A DNA stretch of 64,000 nucleotides from an uncultured Actinomycetes bacterium (GTDB taxonomy: Bacteria; Actinomycetota; UBA4738; HRBIN12): NCBI GenBank assembly GCA_964640085.1, contig CAZXFA010000006.1, positions 51,866 to 115,865 on the forward strand, written 5' to 3'. Position numbers and translations under genes: made by a program. Position 1 is the stretch's first letter. Every line of letters begins with the position of its first letter. Shown here one piece after another: positions 8,066 to 16,753 of this stretch. Under the pieces are notes generated by a model, which was not told the origin of the DNA, made no database searches, and worked only from the letters and a program-made list of their open reading frames with translations.

Positions 8066-10204
8066 ATGACGCACGTCTTCGCATTCGATCACCCCCATGA
8101 CCTGAGCCTCGAGGAACTGGAGGCGCTGCTCGGGGGCAAGGGGGCGAACCTGGCGATCATGACCGGGCGGCTGGAGATGCCGGTCCCGCCCGGCTTCACG
8201 ATCTCGACCGCCACGTGCCGCGCCTACTTCGACGAGGGTTGGCCCTCCGACCTCGACGAGGAGATCCGCGAGCACCTCGCAAGGCTCGAGACATCCGTCG
8301 ACAGGCTCTTCGGCGATCCGGACGATCCGCTGCTACTGAGCGTGCGATCGGGCGCCCCCGTCTCGATGCCCGGGATGATGGATACGATCCTGAACCTCGG
8401 CCTCAACGACGACACCGCTCGGGGCCTCGCTCGCGTGACGGGGCACCCGCGGTTCGCCGAGGCGTGCCGGAAGCGCTTCGAGACCGCGTACCGCGACATC
8501 GTCGGGCTCGACCGGGTGCCCGAGGACCCCTGGCACCAGCTGCGCGGGGCGATCGAGGCGGTGTTCCGCTCCTGGATCGGGGAGCGCGCCCGCGCCTACA
8601 GGGCGCACGAGGGCATCCCCGACACCTTGGGGACGGGCGTCAACGTCCAGGCGATGGTGTTCGGCAACCGGGGCGCCGACTCGGCCACCGGGGTGGTGTT
8701 CACGCGCAACCCTGCGACGGGGGAAGCCGTCCTGTACGGAGACATCCTGTTCGACGCGCAGGGCGAGGACGTGGTGGCCGGCACGCACCCCACCGAGCCG
8801 ATCTCGGTACTCGACGGGCGCCTTCCCACGGTCGGCGAGGAGCTCCGACGGTACGCCCGCGAGCTGGAGCTCCACTACGCCGACATGTGCGACATCGAGT
8901 TCACGATCGAGCAGGGGCGGCTGTGGCTGCTCCAGGTGCGCGCCGGCAAGCGGAGCCCGCAGGCAGCCTTGCGGATCGCGATCGACATGGCCGAGGATCC
9001 CGGGTTCCCGCTCTCCCGGGGCGAGGCGGTGGCGCAGGTCGCCCGCTACCTCGTCGATCCGCCGCGCATCGCCGTGGGGCCTACGGCCGACCTCCCGGTG
9101 GCGGCGACCGGGGTGGCCGCCTCCCCGGGGATCGCCTCCGGGGAGATCGCCGTGACCTGCGACGACGCCGTCGATCGGGCGGCCGAGGGGAGGGACGTGA
9201 TCCTCGTGCGTCGCGAAACGAGCCCCGAAGACGTCCACGGCATGGCGAAGGCGAAGGGGATCCTCACCTCCGTCGGTGGTCCGGCGAGCCACGCCGCCGT
9301 CGTCGCCAGGGGATGGGGCATCCCCGCGGTCGTCGGCGCGACGGCCGTGCGGGTGGATGGCGATCACGTCGTGATCGGTAACCACCGCCTAGCCGTCGGC
9401 GACACGATCAGCATCGATGGGAGCAGTGGGAAGGTCCTCATCGGCGCCGCAGAGACGGAGACCGCGATCGCTCCGGAGGCCGCCATCCTGCTCGGGTGGG
9501 CCTCGGAGCTGGGCATCGATGTGGGCGCGGCGGCAGGGAGGGGAGGTGCGGTGACAGACAGGGGAGAAGGACCGGCCCGGGTTGCGATCACGACCGAGTC
9601 GCTCGTCCGGTCGCTGCTGATCAAGGGGTTCGCGACGCCGGCGGCGCTCGCCGAAGCCTTCGGGGTCTCCGAGGAGCAGATGGCGGCGGGGCTCGACCAG
9701 CTGGTCGCGGACGGCCTGGCGTCTGTGGCGGGGACCATGTTCCAGCTGACCCCGGATGGGAAGGCGATCGGCGCGGAGTTGATCTCGTCGGATCGCGAGC
9801 GTTGGGGCCCGGACGAAGCCGTCGCAGCTCTCGAGGCGTTCTCGGGACTGGATCTCCGCATGAAGCAGATCGTGACCGCGTGGCAGATGCGCGAGCGCGA
9901 CGGCGAGACGGTCCTCAACGATCACTCGGATCCGGCGTACGACGACGCGGTGCTTGCCGACCTCCGCGCGTTCGCCGAGGACGCTCACCGGTGGCTCGGC
10001 GTCCTGATCGAGGGGCTCTCCCGCCTCGCCGCCTATCGGGACCGTCTGGATCGAGCCGCCACCCTGGTGGCCAAAGGGGACCACCGGTACATCGCGTCAC
10101 CGCAGCTCGACAGCTACCACACGGCCTGGTTCGAGCTCCACGAGGACCTGATCCTCCTCGCCGGCAGGACCCGGGAGGACGAAGCCGCCGCCGGGCGCGC
10201 CTAG
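8066..10204 (+). CDS. Pyruvate-phosphate-dikinase-like protein: N-terminal ATP-grasp plus phosphohistidine swivel domain, no PEP/pyruvate TIM barrel, novel C-terminal region of about 240 aa
   Basis: LGGKGANLAIMT motif and GGPASHAAVVARGWGIPAVVG (PEP-utilizing-enzyme His motif). The C-terminus has no similarity to the PPDK catalytic barrel and contains a winged-helix-like segment. The start lies 2 nt after the phosphatase stop. Confidence 0.75.
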   Translation: MTHVFAFDHPHDLSLEELEALLGGKGANLAIMTGRLEMPVPPGFTISTATCRAYFDEGWPSDLDEEIREHLARLETSVDRLFGDPDDPLLLSVRSGAPVSMPGMMDTILNLGLNDDTARGLARVTGHPRFAEACRKRFETAYRDIVGLDRVPEDPWHQLRGAIEAVFRSWIGERARAYRAHEGIPDTLGTGVNVQAMVFGNRGADSATGVVFTRNPATGEAVLYGDILFDAQGEDVVAGTHPTEPISVLDGRLPTVGEELRRYARELELHYADMCDIEFTIEQGRLWLLQVRAGKRSPQAALRIAIDMAEDPGFPLSRGEAVAQVARYLVDPPRIAVGPTADLPVAATGVAASPGIASGEIAVTCDDAVDRAAEGRDVILVRRETSPEDVHGMAKAKGILTSVGGPASHAAVVARGWGIPAVVGATAVRVDGDHVVIGNHRLAVGDTISIDGSSGKVLIGAAETETAIAPEAAILLGWASELGIDVGAAAGRGGAVTDRGEGPARVAITTESLVRSLLIKGFATPAALAEAFGVSEEQMAAGLDQLVADGLASVAGTMFQLTPDGKAIGAELISSDRERWGPDEAVAALEAFSGLDLRMKQIVTAWQMRERDGETVLNDHSDPAYDDAVLADLRAFAEDAHRWLGVLIEGLSRLAAYRDRLDRAATLVAKGDHRYIASPQLDSYHTAWFELHEDLILLAGRTREDEAAAGRA

Positions 10205-10207
10205 CGC

Positions 10208-12769
10208 CTACCGGAGCAACCGGAGGCGGCTGCCGCGCGGGGACTTCTCGACCTCGATCCGCGTCGGGAGCCGGATCGCGAGCTCCTGGACGTGGGTGAT
10301 AACCCCGACCATACGGCCGTCGCCCCCGAGCTGCTCGATCGCCTCCACCACGACCTCGAGCGACTCGGGGTCCAGCGTGCCGAACCCCTCGTCCAGGAAC
10401 AGCGAGTCCAGGCGCGCCTTCTCCGTGACCGCGAGCGAGCGCACCTGCTCGGACAGCGCGAGAGCCAGCGCGAGCGATGCGAGGAACGTCTCGCCTCCAG
10501 AGAGCGTCCGCGCGCTGCGCCGCTCCTCGCCGTTCCAGGTGTCGACCACCGAGAACTCGTCCTCCTCGAACTCCAGCCGGTATCGACCCTGCGAGAGCGA
10601 GGCCAGACGGTCGGAGCCGGCCGCGGCGAGCAGCTGGAGCGCCTCGAGCTGGAGGAACGCGATCAGGCGGTCCTGGCGCAGCTCCTTGGCGAGCGCGTCG
10701 AGCACCCGGGCCCGCGCCCGCTGCTCGATGGCCTCCGCCGCGACCGCCTGGGCGTTCGCGAGCTGCTCGCGGGCGCGGACGACCCGGTCCTCCATGGTCG
10801 CGGCCTCGCGGGCGGCCTCGGTCCGGGCCGCCGTGACGTCCCGGACGACCTCGGCCATCGTCGCGGCTCGGACCGAGACGAGCCCCTGGAGGTGGGCGGC
10901 CGCTTCGCGGAGGAAGGCTTCCTCACCCTCGGCGCGCTCGGCCGCGGCCACGGCCAGCTCGTCCGCCACCTCGTCGAGCCTCGAGGCCAGGGTTCCCGCC
11001 GCCGAGGCGAGAGCTGCTGCGTCCTCCTTCCCCGCGGGTGGCGAGGGCGCCTCCCCTACCTCCGCGACCAGCGACCGGGCACGGGCGAGGAGCCCGCTGG
11101 CCGCGATCGACAGCAGGCGCGTCCGCTCCTCGGTCAGCCGGACGATCAGGGCGTCGCGCTCGCGCTCGGCCCCGACGAGCGCGTCGCGAGCGCCGGCGAG
11201 CGCCTCGTGCGCCTCGCGTTCGGTCTCCTCCAGGGCCTCGAGCTCCCGCCAACGCTCGTCGATCGTGCCCACCGGATCGTCGGGGACCGCCCCACCCAGC
11301 GCCCCGGCGAGCGCGGTCTCGATCCGTGTCGCGTCCCGCCGAGCCTTAGCCGCGGCCTTGTCGCATCGGGCGACCTCGTCGCGGCCGGCGGCGAGCGCGG
11401 CCACCGCGGAAGTCCCGAGGCGCTCGGCCTCGGCCAGGCCGACCCGGGCCTCCTCGGCCCCGGCGCGCGCCCGCTCGAGCACCGCCCGTGCCCGGTCCAG
11501 CGGGACGGCCGTGGCCCCTTCCGGGAGCTTGGCGATCTTCCTTCCGCAGACGGGACACGGATCCCCCGGGCGCACGCCGGTGCGGACCGCGACGACCAGG
11601 TCGGCGTGCCGCGCGTCCTCGAGCGCCGCCTCGGCGGCGCCGAGCGTCTCCACCGCCGCCTCGGCCCGGACGACCCAGCCGTCCACCGCCTCGCGGGCTG
11701 CCGCCTCAGCCTTCTCGAGCGCCGGGACCGCCTCGTTCGCCTCGTGGACCTCGGCCTCCGCCTCGGCGAGCGCGTCCCGCACGTCGAGGAACGCCTCCGC
11801 CTTCGCGCGGAGCCCGGCGAGCTCGACCGCCCTGCCCCACGACGTCTCGGCCCGCGCACGCGCGGCCTCGGCCTTCGTCACGCGTTTCTCGGCGGCCGCG
11901 ATCGCCTTCGTCCGCTCCTTCAGCTGGGTGCCCACCTCCGCCGCGCGCCCGGCGAGCTCACCGGCGGCCGCCGCGACGCCCCCCGCGATCGCGGCCGCCT
12001 CCCGGAGATCCCGCTCGCAGGTCCGCAGCTCGCCGATCGAACGTTCGGCTTCGGTCCAGCGGTCGGCCGCCTCCCGCACCTGCACCTCCGCCTTCGATAG
12101 CGCCGCCTCGCGCTCGGCGGCCGTCGCCGCGAGGGTCTCGGCCTCCCCGACGCCCTCGGGACTCACCCCCGCGTACTCGGTCTCCAGGAGCGCGCTCATG
12201 GCCTTGGCCTCGGCATCGGCCCCGCGCCTGAGGTCTCCGGCCCGACGTCCGAGCCGCTCGAACAGCTCCAGGCCAAGCAGATCGGTCAGGATCGCCCGGC
12301 GCTCCTTGGCGTCGCCCACCAGGAATTCCGCGAACCGGCCCTGCGGCAGCAGCACCGTCCGGGTGAACGCCTCGTAGTCCAGACCGATCGCGCCTTGGAT
12401 CATCGAGTTGGCCTCGCGAACGCGATCGGCCCCCTCGCCGGCCTGACGCCAGTCGCCGTCCCACCGCTCCACCAGCACGCTCGAGGAGCCCTTCGCGGGC
12501 GTCGCACGGCCGACCCGCCACCGCTCCCCTCCCACCGCGAACTCGAAGGAGACAGCCAGCCGCGGCTGTCCCTGGCTGATGAACTGGCTGGTCTGCTTCC
12601 CGACCCGCTCGATGTACCCGAACAGCGCGTAAGTGATCGCGTCCAGGATCGACGTCTTGCCCGAGCCGGTCGGACCCGAGATCGCGAACAGGTCGAGGCC
12701 CTCGAAGTCGATCTCCTGCCCGTCGCGGAACGCGGTGAAGCCCTTGACCTCGAGCCGCAGCGGCCTCAC
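10208..12769 (-). CDS. sbcC: DNA double-strand break repair ATPase SbcC (Rad50-like)
   Basis: N-terminal Walker A ISGPTGSGKTSILDAI, long coiled-coil, C-terminal LSGGETF signature and D-loop. The GTG at 12769 overlaps the sbcD stop (GTGA). The longer ORF to 13045 is an Arg/Gly-rich artefact. Confidence 0.85.
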   Translation of the reverse strand: MRPLRLEVKGFTAFRDGQEIDFEGLDLFAISGPTGSGKTSILDAITYALFGYIERVGKQTSQFISQGQPRLAVSFEFAVGGERWRVGRATPAKGSSSVLVERWDGDWRQAGEGADRVREANSMIQGAIGLDYEAFTRTVLLPQGRFAEFLVGDAKERRAILTDLLGLELFERLGRRAGDLRRGADAEAKAMSALLETEYAGVSPEGVGEAETLAATAAEREAALSKAEVQVREAADRWTEAERSIGELRTCERDLREAAAIAGGVAAAAGELAGRAAEVGTQLKERTKAIAAAEKRVTKAEAARARAETSWGRAVELAGLRAKAEAFLDVRDALAEAEAEVHEANEAVPALEKAEAAAREAVDGWVVRAEAAVETLGAAEAALEDARHADLVVAVRTGVRPGDPCPVCGRKIAKLPEGATAVPLDRARAVLERARAGAEEARVGLAEAERLGTSAVAALAAGRDEVARCDKAAAKARRDATRIETALAGALGGAVPDDPVGTIDERWRELEALEETEREAHEALAGARDALVGAERERDALIVRLTEERTRLLSIAASGLLARARSLVAEVGEAPSPPAGKEDAAALASAAGTLASRLDEVADELAVAAAERAEGEEAFLREAAAHLQGLVSVRAATMAEVVRDVTAARTEAAREAATMEDRVVRAREQLANAQAVAAEAIEQRARARVLDALAKELRQDRLIAFLQLEALQLLAAAGSDRLASLSQGRYRLEFEEDEFSVVDTWNGEERRSARTLSGGETFLASLALALALSEQVRSLAVTEKARLDSLFLDEGFGTLDPESLEVVVEAIEQLGGDGRMVGVITHVQELAIRLPTRIEVEKSPRGSRLRLLR

Positions 12770-13953
12770 CCGGGTGACACCTCGTCCGAGCCCACCGTCT
12801 CCAGCGCGAGCACCTCGTCGAAGGCGGCGAGCAGCTCCTCGGACGGCGGGACGCCGTGGCTGGTCCGGTGGTAGGCGATGAACTGCTCGCGCGGGTGCAG
12901 GGACGAGATCGGCTCGCCCCCAGCTCCGCCCCCCTCGGCGCGCTCGTAGACCAGGTGAACGTCGAGCGCGTTCGGCAGCTCCTCGCGGATCCGGTCGGCG
13001 ATGCCGGGCACCGGCCCCTCGGTCTCGACGAACACCCGCAGCCACGCGTCGCCGGTCTCGACACCCTGTGCCACGACGTCGTCCAGGGTCCCGCGGAGAT
13101 CGCGCAGCGGGCGCCCCGCCGAGAGGGCCACCTCGGTCACCTTCGCCGGCCGGCCCGGGTGCGCCTCGACGATCGTCACCGCCTTGCGCTGCCCCGCCTC
13201 CCCGAAATCAAGCTGGAGGAGCGAGCCTGCGTACCGCGCCGGGGCCGGCGAGCCCTTCACCGCCTGCGGCAGGTGCACGTGGCCGAGCGCCACGTAGGCC
13301 GCTCGTGCCGGCAGACGAGAGGGTGGCACCGCATACGCGATCCCGATCGTGAGCTCCCGTTCCCCACCGCCCGGCGCGACGAGGGCGCCGTCCGTGAACA
13401 GGTGCCCCATCACGATGGGGATCCGTCCTCGCGTGAACCCGGACGTCATCGCCCCGAGGAGCTCGCCCATCCCCTGGGCGTAGCTCTGGTACCAGGTCTC
13501 GCTCGCATCGAACAGCGCCGCCGCGTCGCCGAACCGGCGCTCGGGCACGAACGGGATCGCCGCGACCTCGGCCTCCTGGGCGCCGTCGCGGCTCGGGACC
13601 ACCAGCACGCCGCCGGCCTCGGGCCGGGCCACCTTCGGCACGACCTCGACGCCGAGCGGCCGCAGCAGCCTCCCGAACGCCTCCATCCGGATCGCGGAGT
13701 CGTGGTTGCCGGGGATCACGAGGACCCTGATCCCCTCCTCGTGCAGACGGAGGAACGCGTCGAAGACCAACGCATCGGCGTCGGGCTGCGGCGAGCGATG
13801 CTCGTACACGTCGCCGGCGAGCAGCACGGCGTCGACGCCCTCGTCGATCGCGATCGTCACGACCTGGTCGAGCGCCGCGGCGAACTCGTCGGTCCGCGAT
13901 CGGCCGCGGATCGCCCGTCCCACGTGCCAGTCGGCCGTGTGCAGGAACCGCAC
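12766..13953 (-). CDS. sbcD: Nuclease SbcD (Mre11-like phosphoesterase)
   Basis: DWHVG, GDVYEH and GNHD calcineurin-like phosphoesterase motifs. GTG start. Confidence 0.85.
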   Translation of the reverse strand: MRFLHTADWHVGRAIRGRSRTDEFAAALDQVVTIAIDEGVDAVLLAGDVYEHRSPQPDADALVFDAFLRLHEEGIRVLVIPGNHDSAIRMEAFGRLLRPLGVEVVPKVARPEAGGVLVVPSRDGAQEAEVAAIPFVPERRFGDAAALFDASETWYQSYAQGMGELLGAMTSGFTRGRIPIVMGHLFTDGALVAPGGGERELTIGIAYAVPPSRLPARAAYVALGHVHLPQAVKGSPAPARYAGSLLQLDFGEAGQRKAVTIVEAHPGRPAKVTEVALSAGRPLRDLRGTLDDVVAQGVETGDAWLRVFVETEGPVPGIADRIREELPNALDVHLVYERAEGGGAGGEPISSLHPREQFIAYHRTSHGVPPSEELLAAFDEVLALETVGSDEVSPG

Positions 13954-13956
13954 CCC

Positions 13957-15636
13957 TCAGTCCCCTTCGAACGCGGTGAACGGATCCCCGCCCGACGTGG
14001 CCTCGTCCGCGCGCGTGGCCCAGGACGGGAACGGGAACCGGATCTGGAGCGGCACCGGGATGTGCGGCTGCTGGAGGATCATCGAGCCGGGCTTGAGGAT
14101 CGACGCGCGGGCGCGGGTCACGGCCGGCAGGAACCCGTACTCGCTGCGCGCGGCCTCCGCCGTGTCGAGCCGCCCGACCACCCGGAACGCGCTGTTCGCG
14201 ATCACGCGCCGCTCCACCTCGGAGGCGGTCTGCTCGGCTCCCACCAGGATCATCCCCAGGGACCGGCCTCGCTCGGCGACGTCGAGCAGCACCTCCTTGA
14301 TCGGGCTCCACCCCTCGCGCGGCGCGTATCGGTTCAGCTCGTCGAGGACGAGGAAGGCGAGGGGCTCGCGGCGCCCCATCCGCTCCTTGTGCTCGAACAG
14401 GCGCTTGATCACCACGCCGGTCACGAACCGCTTGGCCCGATCGTGCAGGGCGTGGATGTCCACCACGGTTACCTGGTTCGCCTCGAAGTCGATCCGGTGA
14501 CGCTCGGGGTGCTCAGCCTCTCGCCCGACGATCAGGTGCCCCATCCGGAAGCGGGCCGCGTCGAGCCGGCGGACGAATGCCGCGACCGTCGCGTCCGACA
14601 GCCGGCCGCGCCACGGCGAGACGTCGTCCTCGACGTTCTGGCGGATCACCTCGCACAGCCCGTCGAAGTCGTGGACGGGATACCCGCCGAACACCACCGT
14701 CGCGTCGTTCTCCGGGTCCTCGTCGCACTCGCGGTCGAGCGCGGACTCGACACGCGCGACCAGGTCCGCGATCTGCGACCGCTCGTCCTCGGCCTCCGCG
14801 AACATGAATCGGAGGAGCTTCTCGCGCACGAACTCGCGCACCGTCCAGGAGTAGGCGACCACCCCCTCCGAGCGCCCCTCCACCTGCGGGATCTCGCGCC
14901 CGGCGGCGTCGGCCCGGATCGGCGCCCACAGGCCCACGCTCTCGAAGGCCCCGGAGGGCAGGCCGAGCCGCCGGTGGTCCTCGCGGTCCTCGTCCGTGAG
15001 CTTGGCGTTGGGCGTGTCGAGCCACATCAGGTCCTCGCCCTTCACGTTGAACACGATCGCCTTGGTGTTGGAGCCGTAGCTCCCCAGCACCTCGGAGTGG
15101 AACAGCGCATAGAGCAGGAAGAGGGCGTAGGTGGTCTTCGTCGCGACCCCCGACACGCCGCTGATGTTCACGTGGGCGCCACGCGTGCCGTCGAGGAAGT
15201 CCAGGTCCAGGAACACGGCTTCCCCGTCCCGGGTGAGTCCGGCCGGCAGACGCCGCTGCATCTGGTCGAAGTACAGGGCCTCGTCCCGGTCCCGGCCGCG
15301 AGCGCGGAAGGCGGGCAGCCCGGGCATCGGCGGGACGAACACCTCCGGCTCGAACCGGGTGGCCACGACCTGCGCCGCGACCGCGGTGTCGACCGGGAGG
15401 ACCCCCCGATCGACCAGGAACACATCGGTGTCGAACGTGGCCCCCTCGTGCCGCGCGCGGACGTCCTGGACGATGCCGGCGATCCGCACGCGGCCCCGCC
15501 CGGGGACCTCCGTGTCCACCACCACGGCGTCGTCGAGCTGCAGGTACGCCGTCTCGGCCACACCGACCCAGAACGTCAGCGGGGTGGCATCCTCGGTCCC
15601 CAGCACCATGCCGACCGGTTCCGAGCGCTCGTCCAC
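13957..15636 (-). CDS. herA: HerA-like (FtsK/HerA superfamily) ATPase
   Basis: P-loop-like SGVSGVATKTTY and Walker B FLVLDELNRYAP. 559 aa. The stop is 3 nt from the sbcD start. Confidence 0.6.
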   Translation of the reverse strand: MDERSEPVGMVLGTEDATPLTFWVGVAETAYLQLDDAVVVDTEVPGRGRVRIAGIVQDVRARHEGATFDTDVFLVDRGVLPVDTAVAAQVVATRFEPEVFVPPMPGLPAFRARGRDRDEALYFDQMQRRLPAGLTRDGEAVFLDLDFLDGTRGAHVNISGVSGVATKTTYALFLLYALFHSEVLGSYGSNTKAIVFNVKGEDLMWLDTPNAKLTDEDREDHRRLGLPSGAFESVGLWAPIRADAAGREIPQVEGRSEGVVAYSWTVREFVREKLLRFMFAEAEDERSQIADLVARVESALDRECDEDPENDATVVFGGYPVHDFDGLCEVIRQNVEDDVSPWRGRLSDATVAAFVRRLDAARFRMGHLIVGREAEHPERHRIDFEANQVTVVDIHALHDRAKRFVTGVVIKRLFEHKERMGRREPLAFLVLDELNRYAPREGWSPIKEVLLDVAERGRSLGMILVGAEQTASEVERRVIANSAFRVVGRLDTAEAARSEYGFLPAVTRARASILKPGSMILQQPHIPVPLQIRFPFPSWATRADEATSGGDPFTAFEGD

Positions 15637-15642
15637 CGCTCC

Positions 15643-16602
15643 CTATCCTCCCGCGGCCGACCGCGTCAGCCATGCCGTGAGTGACCGCCTGATCAGGCCC
15701 CGATGGCCGAGCCGGTGCCGGAGCCGTCCCTCCAACCCGCCGACCGGGACCAGGTTCTGCGGGTAGCGGGGGTCGCTCGGACGACCGGCGAAGGACGGGA
15801 GCATGGCGCTCACGCGATCGGCAAGCTCCCGCGCCTCGTCCCGGCCGATGCCGGCCCGGACCTCGCACCGGACCAGGCCGGCGTGATCGTGCCAGGCCGG
15901 TCGGCGGGAGGCCGGTCGCGCGTACCAGGCGTAGCGCGTCAGCGGCTGCCCCTCGTAGACCAGTCCGAACAGCGGGGTCCGCTCGCCCGGTCCCAGGCGG
16001 GCCAGGAGCGCATCGTGCTCGGGGTCGAGGTAGGCGCGCACGAACCGCTTCACCACGCCGACGACTGGGGCGGCCGTCGAGTCCAGGAAGCCGAGGCGCC
16101 CGTCGACGAGCACGATGCCCTCTCCCCGTCCCGCGATCCGGGCGGCGAGCTCCGCCTCCGCGTGCTGCATGCGCTTCTGGAGGCCGAACAGCGGCGCGTC
16201 CGGATCCGACCCGGGTTCGGACGCCGCCTCGTAGCAAAGCACCTGTTGCCCTGCCTCGACCTCGATCGTCTGGGTCCGGAGCCCACCGCCCATCACGATC
16301 GAGCGTCCGACCTCGTGCTCGGCGAACGCGGCCTGGCCGCCGCAACGCACGCCCCCCACCGCCCACGATCCGAACAGCCCCGGCGCCCGACGCCCGTCCT
16401 CCTCGCCGACCACGCGCAGCTCGACCCGCCGGACGCCGTCCACGAACCAAGCGATCCCGGGGGGAGCGGGTCCGGGTGAGATCGGCCGGGACCAGTCCGC
16501 GGTCTCGACCGATGGGTCCGCGCTGGCCGGGGTCTCATCGAACCGGACCTCGAACCCCATCCCGTGGTCCGGGGTCCAAGGATCGGCGCGCAGCGCAAGC
16601 AC
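15643..16602 (-). CDS. nurA: NurA-like nuclease
   Basis: NurA-type motifs WFVDGVRR and IVLVDGRLGF. Sits immediately upstream of the herA-like gene in the same operon. Confidence 0.45.
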   Translation of the reverse strand: MLALRADPWTPDHGMGFEVRFDETPASADPSVETADWSRPISPGPAPPGIAWFVDGVRRVELRVVGEEDGRRAPGLFGSWAVGGVRCGGQAAFAEHEVGRSIVMGGGLRTQTIEVEAGQQVLCYEAASEPGSDPDAPLFGLQKRMQHAEAELAARIAGRGEGIVLVDGRLGFLDSTAAPVVGVVKRFVRAYLDPEHDALLARLGPGERTPLFGLVYEGQPLTRYAWYARPASRRPAWHDHAGLVRCEVRAGIGRDEARELADRVSAMLPSFAGRPSDPRYPQNLVPVGGLEGRLRHRLGHRGLIRRSLTAWLTRSAAGG

Positions 16603-16753
16603 GTGCCGAAGCGTACCGGACGCATCCGACGCCTCGTGCCTGGCCGGGGCGGGTCATGTCCGCCCTAGGCATCCCGGGCCATTTCCCCCATCGGGGGGAC
16701 TACGCCGGGGCGGCACGGGCGTCGATAGGCCGGAGAGGACGCGGAAGGCACGG

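Noticed and set aside
10292-12377. 602-aa and 693-aa plus-strand ORFs inside sbcC
   Set aside because: Ser/Ala/Arg-rich antisense translations of the SbcC coiled-coil region. SbcC motifs are unambiguous on the minus strand.
12770-13045. N-terminal 92-residue extension of the sbcC ORF
   Set aside because: Arg/Gly/Ala-rich with no similarity. The in-frame GTG at 12769 immediately precedes the conserved RLEVKGF start of Rad50/SbcC and overlaps the sbcD stop, so this is classic coupling.
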